Position numbers and translations under genes: made by a program. Shown here piece by piece: positions 55,719-64,000 of a stretch of DNA of 64,000 nt; the first letter of the stretch is position 1; each line of letters starts with the position of its first letter. Source of the stretch: Candidatus Latescibacterota bacterium (GTDB lineage Bacteria; Latescibacterota; UBA2968; UBA8231); NCBI GenBank assembly GCA_965243025.1, contig CBDETY010000003.1:1568001-1632000 (forward strand), in the 5' to 3' direction. The notes under the pieces were generated by a model, which was not told the origin of the DNA, searched no databases, and worked only from the letters and a program-made list of their open reading frames with translations.

Positions 55719-56495
55719 GTGGACTGGCTTCACTACGCCCTTGGGGTCCTATTCCTGATTGCCTGTGGTGCAAGTGGCTGCCTCATGTTGCTGCTCCGGG
55801 CTCGAGGTATTGAAGGGCGCGAACGGGTGTACGGCATCGTCACCCCGCGGCTCCGTGAAATCGCCAGCGTTCTGGGGGCCCTTGCCGGACTGGCCATCGG
55901 CGCCATCATCCTCTACTTCGCCTCCCGCACGTCACAATTCGATCTCATCGAGTGGGTGGGCCGGGGGTCGTACATGCTTGTTACCGGCGCCGCCTCCGGT
56001 CACCTGTTGATCCTGATACGGACAGCCTTGCACTTGCAATCAGAAGAAGCCGCCTGGGCGTCCGGGGGAAATCCGCCGCGGGGGACTCTCGCTTACCGGC
56101 GGCTGCAAGCTCTGGCGGGATTCCGCCGTCAGCACCTGCAATACGCTGAAATCAGCATGCGGGACGACGGGGCGCTCGAAGAGCTGATCGGGGTGCTGGG
56201 GACGCCGCTGTTGAATGCCCGCAACGACCTGTCGCGGATTCCCTTCTATGGCTACCTGGGAACCGTGTGCGGTATTCTGCTTATGGCTCGGCAGCTCGGT
56301 TTCATCAACGAGGCGACGGAGACCTTCAAGGTTCTGAGCTCCATGGCGACCGGCCTCGTGCTCGCCTTCCAGACTACGCTGGTGGCACTGCTCGCCTTTC
56401 TGCCGCTTCGCAAAATCACCGACTACCTTATCCGGCGGTTGGGCAGGCTGGAAGAGATGTGGCTCCAGGCTCGCGACGGGGGAGTCCGGGGATGA
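55719..56495 (+). CDS. MotA/TolQ/ExbB proton-channel family protein
   Basis: IPFYGYLGTVCGI and GLVLAFQTTLVAL helices, plus three N-terminal TM segments. Confidence 0.8.
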   Translation: MDWLHYALGVLFLIACGASGCLMLLLRARGIEGRERVYGIVTPRLREIASVLGALAGLAIGAIILYFASRTSQFDLIEWVGRGSYMLVTGAASGHLLILIRTALHLQSEEAAWASGGNPPRGTLAYRRLQALAGFRRQHLQYAEISMRDDGALEELIGVLGTPLLNARNDLSRIPFYGYLGTVCGILLMARQLGFINEATETFKVLSSMATGLVLAFQTTLVALLAFLPLRKITDYLIRRLGRLEEMWLQARDGGVRG

Positions 56496-56911
56496 GCCGC
56501 CTGGTGCGCAAGGTGGATGCCGATGTCGTGGAACACGACATCAGCAAAGAGCTGTTCCTCGGCATCATGATGCTGATGCTATGCCTCGGCATCATGATTC
56601 TCAACGTATCCAAACCGGTTTGGCGGGTCCACAAACAGGACCCGAAGCCCGGCGACGTGGTCGTCGTCTACGGTGAGAACGAGTTCGGACTGTCGTCGGA
56701 CGGAACCAGGATTCTGCGGACCATGAGTGAGTCGGATTTCCGCCGCCAGGTAGCCTCGATGGTCAGCGACCCGGAAACCGACCTTCACCTTTTCCGGCGA
56801 AGCGGAAGCCGCGAGAGGATCGTGCGCCATGCCGCGTACGCCGATTCCCTGCTATCGACGGATCAATCTGGAAACAAGGTGAGAACAGCTGTGTTCGTTC
56901 ACGGCTGGTAG
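56492..56911 (+). CDS. Single-TM protein, candidate ExbD/MotB-like partner
   Basis: ATGA overlap with the ExbB-like gene; DISKELFLGIMMLMLCLGIMIL TM followed by a small alpha/beta domain. Confidence 0.65.
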   Translation: MSRLVRKVDADVVEHDISKELFLGIMMLMLCLGIMILNVSKPVWRVHKQDPKPGDVVVVYGENEFGLSSDGTRILRTMSESDFRRQVASMVSDPETDLHLFRRSGSRERIVRHAAYADSLLSTDQSGNKVRTAVFVHGW

Positions 56912-56973
56912 AATGTGAAGATGCCCGGATTCAGGGGATGGGTGAAAACGGTGCACCGTGGCATGGTGTCTGG

Positions 56974-57810
56974 TTACTCTTTCATCACGGCCAGCACATC
57001 GACGCCGCCGAGCGTCTCGTTGGAGAAGGTCAGGATCGCCATTCCCTCGCTCCGGTCCACCTGGTAGTCGTCACCTTTTTTGAGCGACCCGTAACGGTCC
57101 ACGAGGGCCTCTATCTCCCCTTCGAGCATCAGGGTCTCCCCTGCTGCGACCAGTTTTACGGCAGGGTCCTTCGGCTCCAGCTTCTTCGTCATCCTGAACG
57201 ACTTGCGAAAACCACGGCGGAAAGCCCGCGACGACTTCAGGTATCCGTTCTCTTTCAGAAACGATTCGGTCGCCGCATATACGCGCACCGAGGTTTGCGC
57301 CTTTCGCAAGGTGGCGGCGTCTTCCCGGGCACGGACGAGATCGGATTCCATGCGCCGGATGTATTCCTCCTGTCGCCGGATGCTGGTGTGGGCCTCGAGC
57401 AAGGTTGCGTTTAGGCTGTCGGCCTGCAGGCGCAGCTCGGCGATGGTCTGTTTATCCGCCAGTTTCTCCCGTTTGAGGTTGCGAATCTCCGCGGTGAGCT
57501 GCTCGTTCCTGCGCTTGTGATCCCTGGCGAGGTTCCGCCACCTCTTGACCGCCTTGTTGAGGCGCTGAACCGACTGCAGCAGTTTGGCATCGACCCGCTG
57601 CAGGCTGTCGACGCGGGAACGCATGTTGTCGATAAGGAGGTTCGACGACTCGACCGTGTAGTTCAGGCTGTCGATGGTCGTGTTGGCCTTGGTCAAATCC
57701 TCCTGCAGCTCGGCAATCAGGATCTCTTCCTCGGAAGGGCCGCAGGACAACGTCAGCAGAACTACACTCCCCAGGGTGACGGAAACACCCTTTCTCCAGG
57801 AAGCACGCAT
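56974..57810 (-). CDS. Coiled-coil lipoprotein
   Basis: Lipobox LTLS-C, long heptad coil, globular C-terminal domain; RBS GGAGAG. Confidence 0.8.
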   Translation of the reverse strand: MRASWRKGVSVTLGSVVLLTLSCGPSEEEILIAELQEDLTKANTTIDSLNYTVESSNLLIDNMRSRVDSLQRVDAKLLQSVQRLNKAVKRWRNLARDHKRRNEQLTAEIRNLKREKLADKQTIAELRLQADSLNATLLEAHTSIRRQEEYIRRMESDLVRAREDAATLRKAQTSVRVYAATESFLKENGYLKSSRAFRRGFRKSFRMTKKLEPKDPAVKLVAAGETLMLEGEIEALVDRYGSLKKGDDYQVDRSEGMAILTFSNETLGGVDVLAVMKE

Positions 57811-57839
57811 GATTCTCTCCACGCAATAGGGGACAGGTG

Positions 57840-58610
57840 CTACTTGCTTTTCCATCTGTAAAGACTGTCGACCTGGGTCATGGTTCGCGAAATGTCGCGG
57901 TAGAGTGATGCCTGGCTGCGAGCCACCGCGTCGATTTTCCTGGTGTTCATGTCCTGTACCTCAGCGGTTGCATTCACCTTGCCGATCAGGCTGTTCTGAG
58001 TGGCGCTCAACCCCGACACCTTCCTGTCGAGGCGGGTCGTCTCATCCTGAATGCGGGCAAGTTGCGTCTGCACTCCCTTCATCGTTCCCAGGTGAAAGTC
58101 GAGAACCTCGCGGATTCCCTCGTAGCGCACCTCCTCTTTCCGGAAGCGCTCCGCCGCCTGCCGGTTTTGCCCTTCCTGGTACTGCAGGCGGGCGCGCCGC
58201 TCTTTGTCGAGTTTCGCTTCGAGTTCCAGGTATCGGGCATTCAGCTCGCCCAGGCTGTCACGGGTCTTCCTGTGGGCGGCTTTCTCGTTCTGGAGTCGAG
58301 AGCGCACCTCGAATTCGGAGGCGGTCAGGTCCGCTTTCTCCGCCAGCTGGCCGACAAGCTGTTCGCTGAGATCGCCAAGCCTTTCAGTCACCCTCTTCAT
58401 CTGCTGCTGCAACTCGCGGCGGTGGTCACGCTGGCGCTCCTGGGCAATGAAAAGGACGAGGCCGATTACCACTCCGGCCACGGCCGTGGTGTACGCACCG
58501 AACCACAGAACATGCCTGCTCTCGAAGCGCTCCACCGTTTTCAGCAGTGCAAGCGCGCCTCCCCAGAGCAGAATCAGGCCGGCGGCTATGGCGGCAACGA
58601 TCGTTTCCAC
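57840..58610 (-). CDS. Membrane protein with 2 TM segments and a long coiled coil
   Basis: Two hydrophobic helices then about 190 aa of coil-like sequence. GTG start assumed; the ORF is open to 58712. Confidence 0.75.
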   Translation of the reverse strand: METIVAAIAAGLILLWGGALALLKTVERFESRHVLWFGAYTTAVAGVVIGLVLFIAQERQRDHRRELQQQMKRVTERLGDLSEQLVGQLAEKADLTASEFEVRSRLQNEKAAHRKTRDSLGELNARYLELEAKLDKERRARLQYQEGQNRQAAERFRKEEVRYEGIREVLDFHLGTMKGVQTQLARIQDETTRLDRKVSGLSATQNSLIGKVNATAEVQDMNTRKIDAVARSQASLYRDISRTMTQVDSLYRWKSK

Positions 58611-59286
58611 GCAGGAGATACCGGTGTCAGCGAGTGCGGCTCTTCGCGGATTCCCGGGGACAGATGATGCGATGAAGGGGGGATGTTCGGAGGAGTGAGA
58701 ACCGGATTCCAAAATAACACCGCCACGGGCGGGTTGGCAAACAGGGGAAACTGTTGGTATCGAACGGACGGAACCATCAATGCGTCGAGATCTGTGGCAG
58801 GTAGCGGGTAGCTGCTGTTCGGGTGTTGTTCGTACAGCTCGGGATTTTCGTGGTTAACCCCCGAAGGTCCGCTGTGCCGTGCGGCAGCACCGCAGGTAAT
58901 GCAGGTGCCGGTATCCCGCCCGGCGGCATGCCCAAAATCCGCTTCAACTCCTCAAGTTCTTTAGTACCATCCCTTCTCTTTTTCCGGGATGCCCCCTTTA
59001 TTTTCCGAAACTGTGTTTCCATAGCCAGACGTCACCATAATCCTCGACATGATCTCCTCCATCCTGCACCTCCAGAATTGCCGAACCGATCCGGCGATTG
59101 ACGATCGCCTGGTGCAACGGTGTCGCGGCCTCCCCGGAGGGACATTCTGATTCGTCGCCCGGGCGCCCTTCGAGGAGCTGGTAATCCCGGACTGGGCGGC
59201 AAGGTCGCTTTCACCACGGACTGTTCCGCTTCCATCCGCAACGATTCTTCGATGTTCTCATCTGCCGGCTTCGGGGTTCGGGGTTG

Positions 59287-60453
59287 ATGGGCTCCTTCAA
59301 CAATCCATTCTCCGAGTGGAATCGCGACTTCGCCCTGCTCGCAGCGGCAGTTTTCGGGGTCGGAATCTTTTTCGGCGTCCAGCTGACTCTGTTCAACAAC
59401 TTCATCGTCGAGCGCCTGGATATCGAAGCCCACGAGCTGGGTTGGGTGGAGTCGCTTCGTGAAATTCCCGGGTTTCTGAATGCCCTTTTCATCGCCTTGA
59501 TGATTCGGCTGGCCCCCTCGCTTGTTGCCGGGGTGGCGCTGGCGATCATGGGGATCGGCCTGATGGCCTACGCCGAGGTGGGCTCGGTGCCGGAGCTTGC
59601 GGTCTACTCGGTGGTGTGGAGCATCGGCTTCCACTGCTGGCTTCCGATGGAATCGACCCTGGCCCTGCGTTTCTCACCACCCGGAGGCAAAGGGAGGTGG
59701 CTCGGCCAGCTGCGCGCCATCAACAGCGTCGCCTGGCTTCTCACCATCGGCGCCTGCATGGTTTTACTGGAACGGATCAGGTACGAAGGCTTGTACATCC
59801 TCGCGGGCGGAGCTACCGTCCTCGGGGGCCTTGCGCTCTTCTTCGCCTCGCGGGGCCACTCCGGGGTCGAAGAGAAGGGATTCGTTCTCAAACGCCGGTA
59901 CGGCCTTTACTACGTGCTGCAGTTCCTCGAGGGGTGCCGGCGGCAGATGTTCATCACCTTCGCGATTTTTGCACTGGTCAAGGTTCACGGGATGCCGGTC
60001 GGGACCACCATGGTCCTGGTACTGATCAACCAGGTACTGATAACCATCACCGCTCCCATGATTGGGCGCTTCGTCGATCTTCGGGGAGAACGCCAGATGC
60101 TCAGCATCGGGTATTTCCTGGTGATCTTCGTGTTTGTCGGTTACGGCCTCATCGAGAACCGGCCGATTCTCTACGTCCTCTACTGTGTAGACAACCTCAT
60201 TTTCTTCGGTGGTATCGCGCTGACCACCTATATCAACAAGATCGCCCTGAAGGAAGACCTCAAGCCGACGCTGTCGATGGGGGTAACGATGAATCACTTT
60301 GCCGCGGTAGCAGCGCCGTTGCTGGGCGGATTCGCCTGGCATTACTTTGACTATCGTGTGATTTTCTTCAGCGGTGCGGTTCTCGCGCTTCTCTCACTGA
60401 TCGTCAGTCAATGGGTCGACCCCGAGAAGGCGGCATTGGAGAGAGAACCGTAA
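59287..60453 (+). CDS. MFS transporter
   Basis: About 12 TM segments; ESLREIPG; GRFVDLRGER motif A-like; APLLGG. Confidence 0.9.
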   Translation: MGSFNNPFSEWNRDFALLAAAVFGVGIFFGVQLTLFNNFIVERLDIEAHELGWVESLREIPGFLNALFIALMIRLAPSLVAGVALAIMGIGLMAYAEVGSVPELAVYSVVWSIGFHCWLPMESTLALRFSPPGGKGRWLGQLRAINSVAWLLTIGACMVLLERIRYEGLYILAGGATVLGGLALFFASRGHSGVEEKGFVLKRRYGLYYVLQFLEGCRRQMFITFAIFALVKVHGMPVGTTMVLVLINQVLITITAPMIGRFVDLRGERQMLSIGYFLVIFVFVGYGLIENRPILYVLYCVDNLIFFGGIALTTYINKIALKEDLKPTLSMGVTMNHFAAVAAPLLGGFAWHYFDYRVIFFSGAVLALLSLIVSQWVDPEKAALEREP

Positions 60454-60532
60454 GGGCCGAAGCGGATCCGGATGGGAGCGGCGACAAGCGCTGCTGTTTT
60501 CCGCTTGATCAATCCCGACAGGAGTTGGAGGC

Positions 60533-61405
60533 ATGTTGAAAGTAGGGGCCCGGCCGCCCGGGTTCGCCGGAGAGATCGGCTTTGACGGATTTGCCGAGTG
60601 GCTTGCGGAGAATGGGTTCGGGGCGGTCGATACCCCGCTCCTTACGAGTGGAATCGCCGCTACCTGCAAACGGGTGGGGTTGGAAATCGGCACTTCCGAC
60701 GCGCCGGGAAGCGGTCTGCTGTCGACCGACGAAACGAAGCGTGGCATTGCGCTTGAAACCCTCGAGAAAGACCTGGGCGACGTGGCCAGGCATGGTGGAA
60801 AAACCTGTTTCGCCGTTCTCATGCCGGACGATCCCAGTCAGCCGCGGGCAAAGTCCTTCAAAATCTTCGAAAAGGTGTATCCCCGGGTGGTGGAGCACGC
60901 CGAGGAAGCAGGGGTACAGATCGCGATAGAACCGTGGCCGGGGCCCGCTCCGTACTATCCCAACCTGGGATGCAGTCCGGAAAGCTTGCGGCGTATTTTT
61001 GCCGCCGTTCCTTCACCCAACCTGGGGATTTGCTACGACCCTTCCCATTTTGCCCGCATCCAGATCGATCACGTGCGAGTCCTGCACGAGTTCGCCGACC
61101 GGGTGCGCCACGTCCACCTCAAGGATACCGAGATCATCGACGAAAACCTGTATGAGTGCGGAATCCTTGGCCCGACCTTCGATTCGCCGTACGGATTCGG
61201 CGAGGGATGGTGGCGGTATACCATTCCGGGAGAGGGGATGGTCGACTGGCAGCTCGTCATCCGGCGGCTCGAGGATGCAGGATACGAAGGGGTCCTCAGC
61301 GTCGAGCTCGAGGACCATTACTTCTGGGGCAGCCCGGAACTGCAGAAAGAAGGTCTGCTGCGCTCGAAGGAGTTCATCGAGCAGATCCTGAAGTCCGCCT
61401 CATAG
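60533..61405 (+). CDS. Sugar phosphate isomerase/epimerase
   Basis: IAIEPWP, YDPSH, HVHLKD, PGEGMVDW, SVELED; RBS GGAGG. Confidence 0.9.
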   Translation: MLKVGARPPGFAGEIGFDGFAEWLAENGFGAVDTPLLTSGIAATCKRVGLEIGTSDAPGSGLLSTDETKRGIALETLEKDLGDVARHGGKTCFAVLMPDDPSQPRAKSFKIFEKVYPRVVEHAEEAGVQIAIEPWPGPAPYYPNLGCSPESLRRIFAAVPSPNLGICYDPSHFARIQIDHVRVLHEFADRVRHVHLKDTEIIDENLYECGILGPTFDSPYGFGEGWWRYTIPGEGMVDWQLVIRRLEDAGYEGVLSVELEDHYFWGSPELQKEGLLRSKEFIEQILKSAS

Positions 61406-61414
61406 GGGGACGCC

Positions 61415-62410
61415 ATGGTTGGTTTCGCGGTTGTCGGTCTGGGCATGGGGAAGTCGCGGGCCCGTTTGATTCAGGAGACAAAAGGAGCCGAGCTCGCAGT
61501 CGTTATCGACACGAACCAGGCCCTCGCCGCTTCCGCAGGTTCCCAGCTGGGGGTCGACTGGGCTCCGAACCTGGAAGAGGCCCTGGGCCGCAGCGACGTC
61601 GACGTTGTCATGGTGATGACCCCGAGCGGGCTGCATGCTGACCTTGGTTGTATCGCCGCCGCGGCGGGAAAGCATGTAATCACCACCAAGCCGATGGACG
61701 TTTCCACGAGCCAATGCGACCGGCTGATCGCCGCAGCCGACTCCGCGGGCGTGAAGCTCGCAGTGGACTACCAGAGCCGCTATGTCGATACCAACTACCG
61801 GGTCGCCCGGGCTCTCGAGCTGGGATACTTCGGCATGCCGTTGCTCGGGGAAGTGCGCTTCAAGTGGTTCCGCTCCCAGGAGTACTTCGACAGCGGGGAC
61901 GGCTGGCGCGGTACCTGGGCAATGGACGGTGGGGGAAGCCTCGCCAACCAGGGCTCGCATCTGATCGACCTGCTGCTCTGGTTCATGGGGGAACCGGAAC
62001 GGCTCTACGCCGAAACCTCGATCCTCGCCCACGATATCGAGACCGAGGACCTCGGCATGGCCATCATCAATTTTCGCAGCGGCGCCAAGGGAGCGGTTGT
62101 CGGCACCACTACCTTTCCGGGACACAACGCCTATTTCAGCGCCGAGGTTCATGGCACCGAGGGGGGCGTTCTCATCGAAGAGGCCCTCGACGGTACCTGC
62201 CGAATCATCGGCGAAGGTCTTGAGGAAAAGCTCAACGCCATCGAGAACCCGTTTGAAAACGCAATCGCGGATATGGTCTACTGCCTCGAGCGTGACAGCA
62301 CGCCCCGAATCGATGGGCGGGAAGGTCGCAGAACCGTGGCCCTGCTGGAGGATATCTACAGGTCGTCGCGGGAAGGGGCCCGGGTCGACTGTACAGGAGG
62401 ATTGAAATGA
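61415..62410 (+). CDS. Gfo/Idh/MocA family oxidoreductase
   Basis: VVGLGMG, TPSGLH, TTKP, DGGGSLANQGSH. Confidence 0.92.
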   Translation: MVGFAVVGLGMGKSRARLIQETKGAELAVVIDTNQALAASAGSQLGVDWAPNLEEALGRSDVDVVMVMTPSGLHADLGCIAAAAGKHVITTKPMDVSTSQCDRLIAAADSAGVKLAVDYQSRYVDTNYRVARALELGYFGMPLLGEVRFKWFRSQEYFDSGDGWRGTWAMDGGGSLANQGSHLIDLLLWFMGEPERLYAETSILAHDIETEDLGMAIINFRSGAKGAVVGTTTFPGHNAYFSAEVHGTEGGVLIEEALDGTCRIIGEGLEEKLNAIENPFENAIADMVYCLERDSTPRIDGREGRRTVALLEDIYRSSREGARVDCTGGLK

Positions 62411-63441
62411 CGATCGCCGCACTTGTCGGGTTGACCGCTCCGCACAGCAAAGGCTGGCTCGAAACCCTGAGGAACAGTCCGGAAATCGAATGCCTGCATG
62501 TCTGCGACCTCGACGGGGCGGTTCCGGAGAACGACGACGGAATCGACGGGGTATACTCCGGTCTCGACGTACTGTTCGACTCGGTGAGACCTGACTTCGC
62601 ACTGGTGTCGGTGCGCAACGACGAGGCTGCGGATACAGGGAGTCGATTTCTGTCAGAGAAAATCCCTGTCATCATCGAAAAACCGGCAGGGCGCACGGCG
62701 GCGGAAATTGCAGGCCTCAACGAGCTGTCGCGCCGGCATTCGACGCCCTGGGCAACCGGTTTCACCAATCGCCTCGCCCCGGCGGTTTGCGAGATGAGGC
62801 GCATGGTGGCCGCCGGCGCCCTCGGGCGCGTGGTCTCCATCGAGGGGCGTATGGTGACCAGCTCTGTCGAGCAGCGCAACAGGGACCACTGGCTTTTCTC
62901 CAAAGAGGTTGCCGGCGGGGGGATTCTGCACTGGCTGGCCATTCATACCATCGACCTCATTCGCTTCACCACCGGTCTGGAGTACGATTCGGTCAGTGCT
63001 CACGTCGCCACCCTGTCGGACACCGGGGTAGACGTCGAAGATACCGCGGCAGTTTCGTTTTCCATGTCGAATGGAGCAGTCGGAAGCCTGCATGCAGGGT
63101 ACATGCTGCGCAAGCGCTACGGCGACATCGGTCTGGCGGTGCGCGGAACCCTCGGCGACGTCGCCTGGTCTTCCCATGGATTCGACGGGCCCGGCCACAC
63201 GGTCCATCTCCAGAGCGAAGCGCCTGGATGGGAGACGATTGCCAGCCAGAAGGTGGACCTCGAGCCTCAGGGTGGGCCTGGATACGGGGGGCGCGTCGGA
63301 ACCGAGTTCGTCTCCCGCTTTATTCGCTGTTCGCGGGAGCGGGAAGAGTTCGTCACCGGCGGGGAAGATGCCCTGGGAGCGATGAGGTTTGTCGAGGCTG
63401 CCTATGCAGCCAGCTCGAGCGGCAAGTCAATCAGGCTTTGA
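62407..63441 (+). CDS. Gfo/Idh/MocA family oxidoreductase
   Basis: IEKP, GGGILHWLAIH, VEDTA; ATGA overlap. Confidence 0.9.
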   Translation: MTIAALVGLTAPHSKGWLETLRNSPEIECLHVCDLDGAVPENDDGIDGVYSGLDVLFDSVRPDFALVSVRNDEAADTGSRFLSEKIPVIIEKPAGRTAAEIAGLNELSRRHSTPWATGFTNRLAPAVCEMRRMVAAGALGRVVSIEGRMVTSSVEQRNRDHWLFSKEVAGGGILHWLAIHTIDLIRFTTGLEYDSVSAHVATLSDTGVDVEDTAAVSFSMSNGAVGSLHAGYMLRKRYGDIGLAVRGTLGDVAWSSHGFDGPGHTVHLQSEAPGWETIASQKVDLEPQGGPGYGGRVGTEFVSRFIRCSREREEFVTGGEDALGAMRFVEAAYAASSSGKSIRL

Positions 63442-63601
63442 GGGAATCCAGAGCCGAGCCATCAGACCGGGCAGATCAGCTGATTCTGTTCCATATCGCC
63501 GCCGTCCGGGTGGTTCACTGCGTCGCAAGAGGTAAGCGGCGCTTTTCGGTTCCCCGAACAGTCGGTCCTGTTCGGTTTGGAATAACGCGGAGGGCAGCTA
63601 C

Positions 63602-64000
63602 ATGACTGCGATCCCCCTTGGACGTCCGGTACGCGTCGCCCTGATCGGCTGCGGGCTGCAGGGGACAAACCATTCGCAAATCCTGAAGGGGTTGGGGGCG
63701 GAGCTGGTCGAGGTCGCGGCTCTGTGCGACTCCAGCCCTCAGCGCCTGTCCGAGGCTTCCTCCACCTGGCCAGGGGCGAGCACCGCTGAGGATTACCGCC
63801 AGGCACTGGATTCGGGGGCTTTTGACCTCGTAATCGTTGCAACCATGCCAAACACCCATGCCGAGATTGCCATTGCGGCGATGGAGAGGGGGGCTTCCGT
63901 GTTGTGCGAAAAGCCTTTTACCCTGTCGGTTCAGGAGGCGGAAACGGTGTTGGAAGCGGCAAGCAGGACGGGACGGCAGGTACAGCTGGGGACCAACATG
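63602..64000 (+). CDS. Gfo/Idh/MocA family oxidoreductase, 3'-truncated (absent from the ORF track)
   Basis: My translation: MTAIPLGRPVRVALIGCG...ATMPNTH...VLCEKP; RBS GGAGGG. Confidence 0.9.
   Translation, partial: MTAIPLGRPVRVALIGCGLQGTNHSQILKGLGAELVEVAALCDSSPQRLSEASSTWPGASTAEDYRQALDSGAFDLVIVATMPNTHAEIAIAAMERGASVLCEKPFTLSVQEAETVLEAASRTGRQVQLGTNM

Noticed and set aside
55719-56911. Zorya (ZorAB) or flagellar MotAB assignment
   Set aside because: No long ZorA tail, no OmpA-like peptidoglycan-binding domain, and no zorC/D/E or flagellar genes.

Overview
A densely coding, high-GC window from a diderm bacterium. The gene content suggests Latescibacterota/FCB-like affiliation, which is an inference. 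1-26 kb is catabolic and accessory: two TonB-dependent receptors, a divergent GHMP kinase, CoA-transferase, amidohydrolases, Gfo/Idh/MocA oxidoreductases, PfkB kinase, BCCT and MATE transporters, and cupins. 26-53 kb is mostly core: lnt, tRNA-fMet, corC, ybeY, 7TM-HD, phoH, aspS, a sulfur-carrier cysteine cluster, rpsT, lepA-lepB-hemW-thrB, tRNA-Tyr, mdh and argG. 53-64 kb holds an uncharacterised envelope locus and a sugar-catabolism operon. I saw no CRISPR array, rRNA or recognisable mobile element. The main leads are: (1) a three-gene operon encoding a membrane-anchored lectin-like protein, an ExbB/MotA-like subunit and an atypical ExbD-like subunit, facing two coiled-coil envelope proteins; (2) an Lnt fused to an intact lipase-type alpha/beta-hydrolase and translationally coupled to a stand-alone sigma-4 protein; (3) a cysM-mec-cysO-cysK cluster with a capped sulfur carrier and a long structured leader. 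All calls come from reading motifs by eye; no searches were run.
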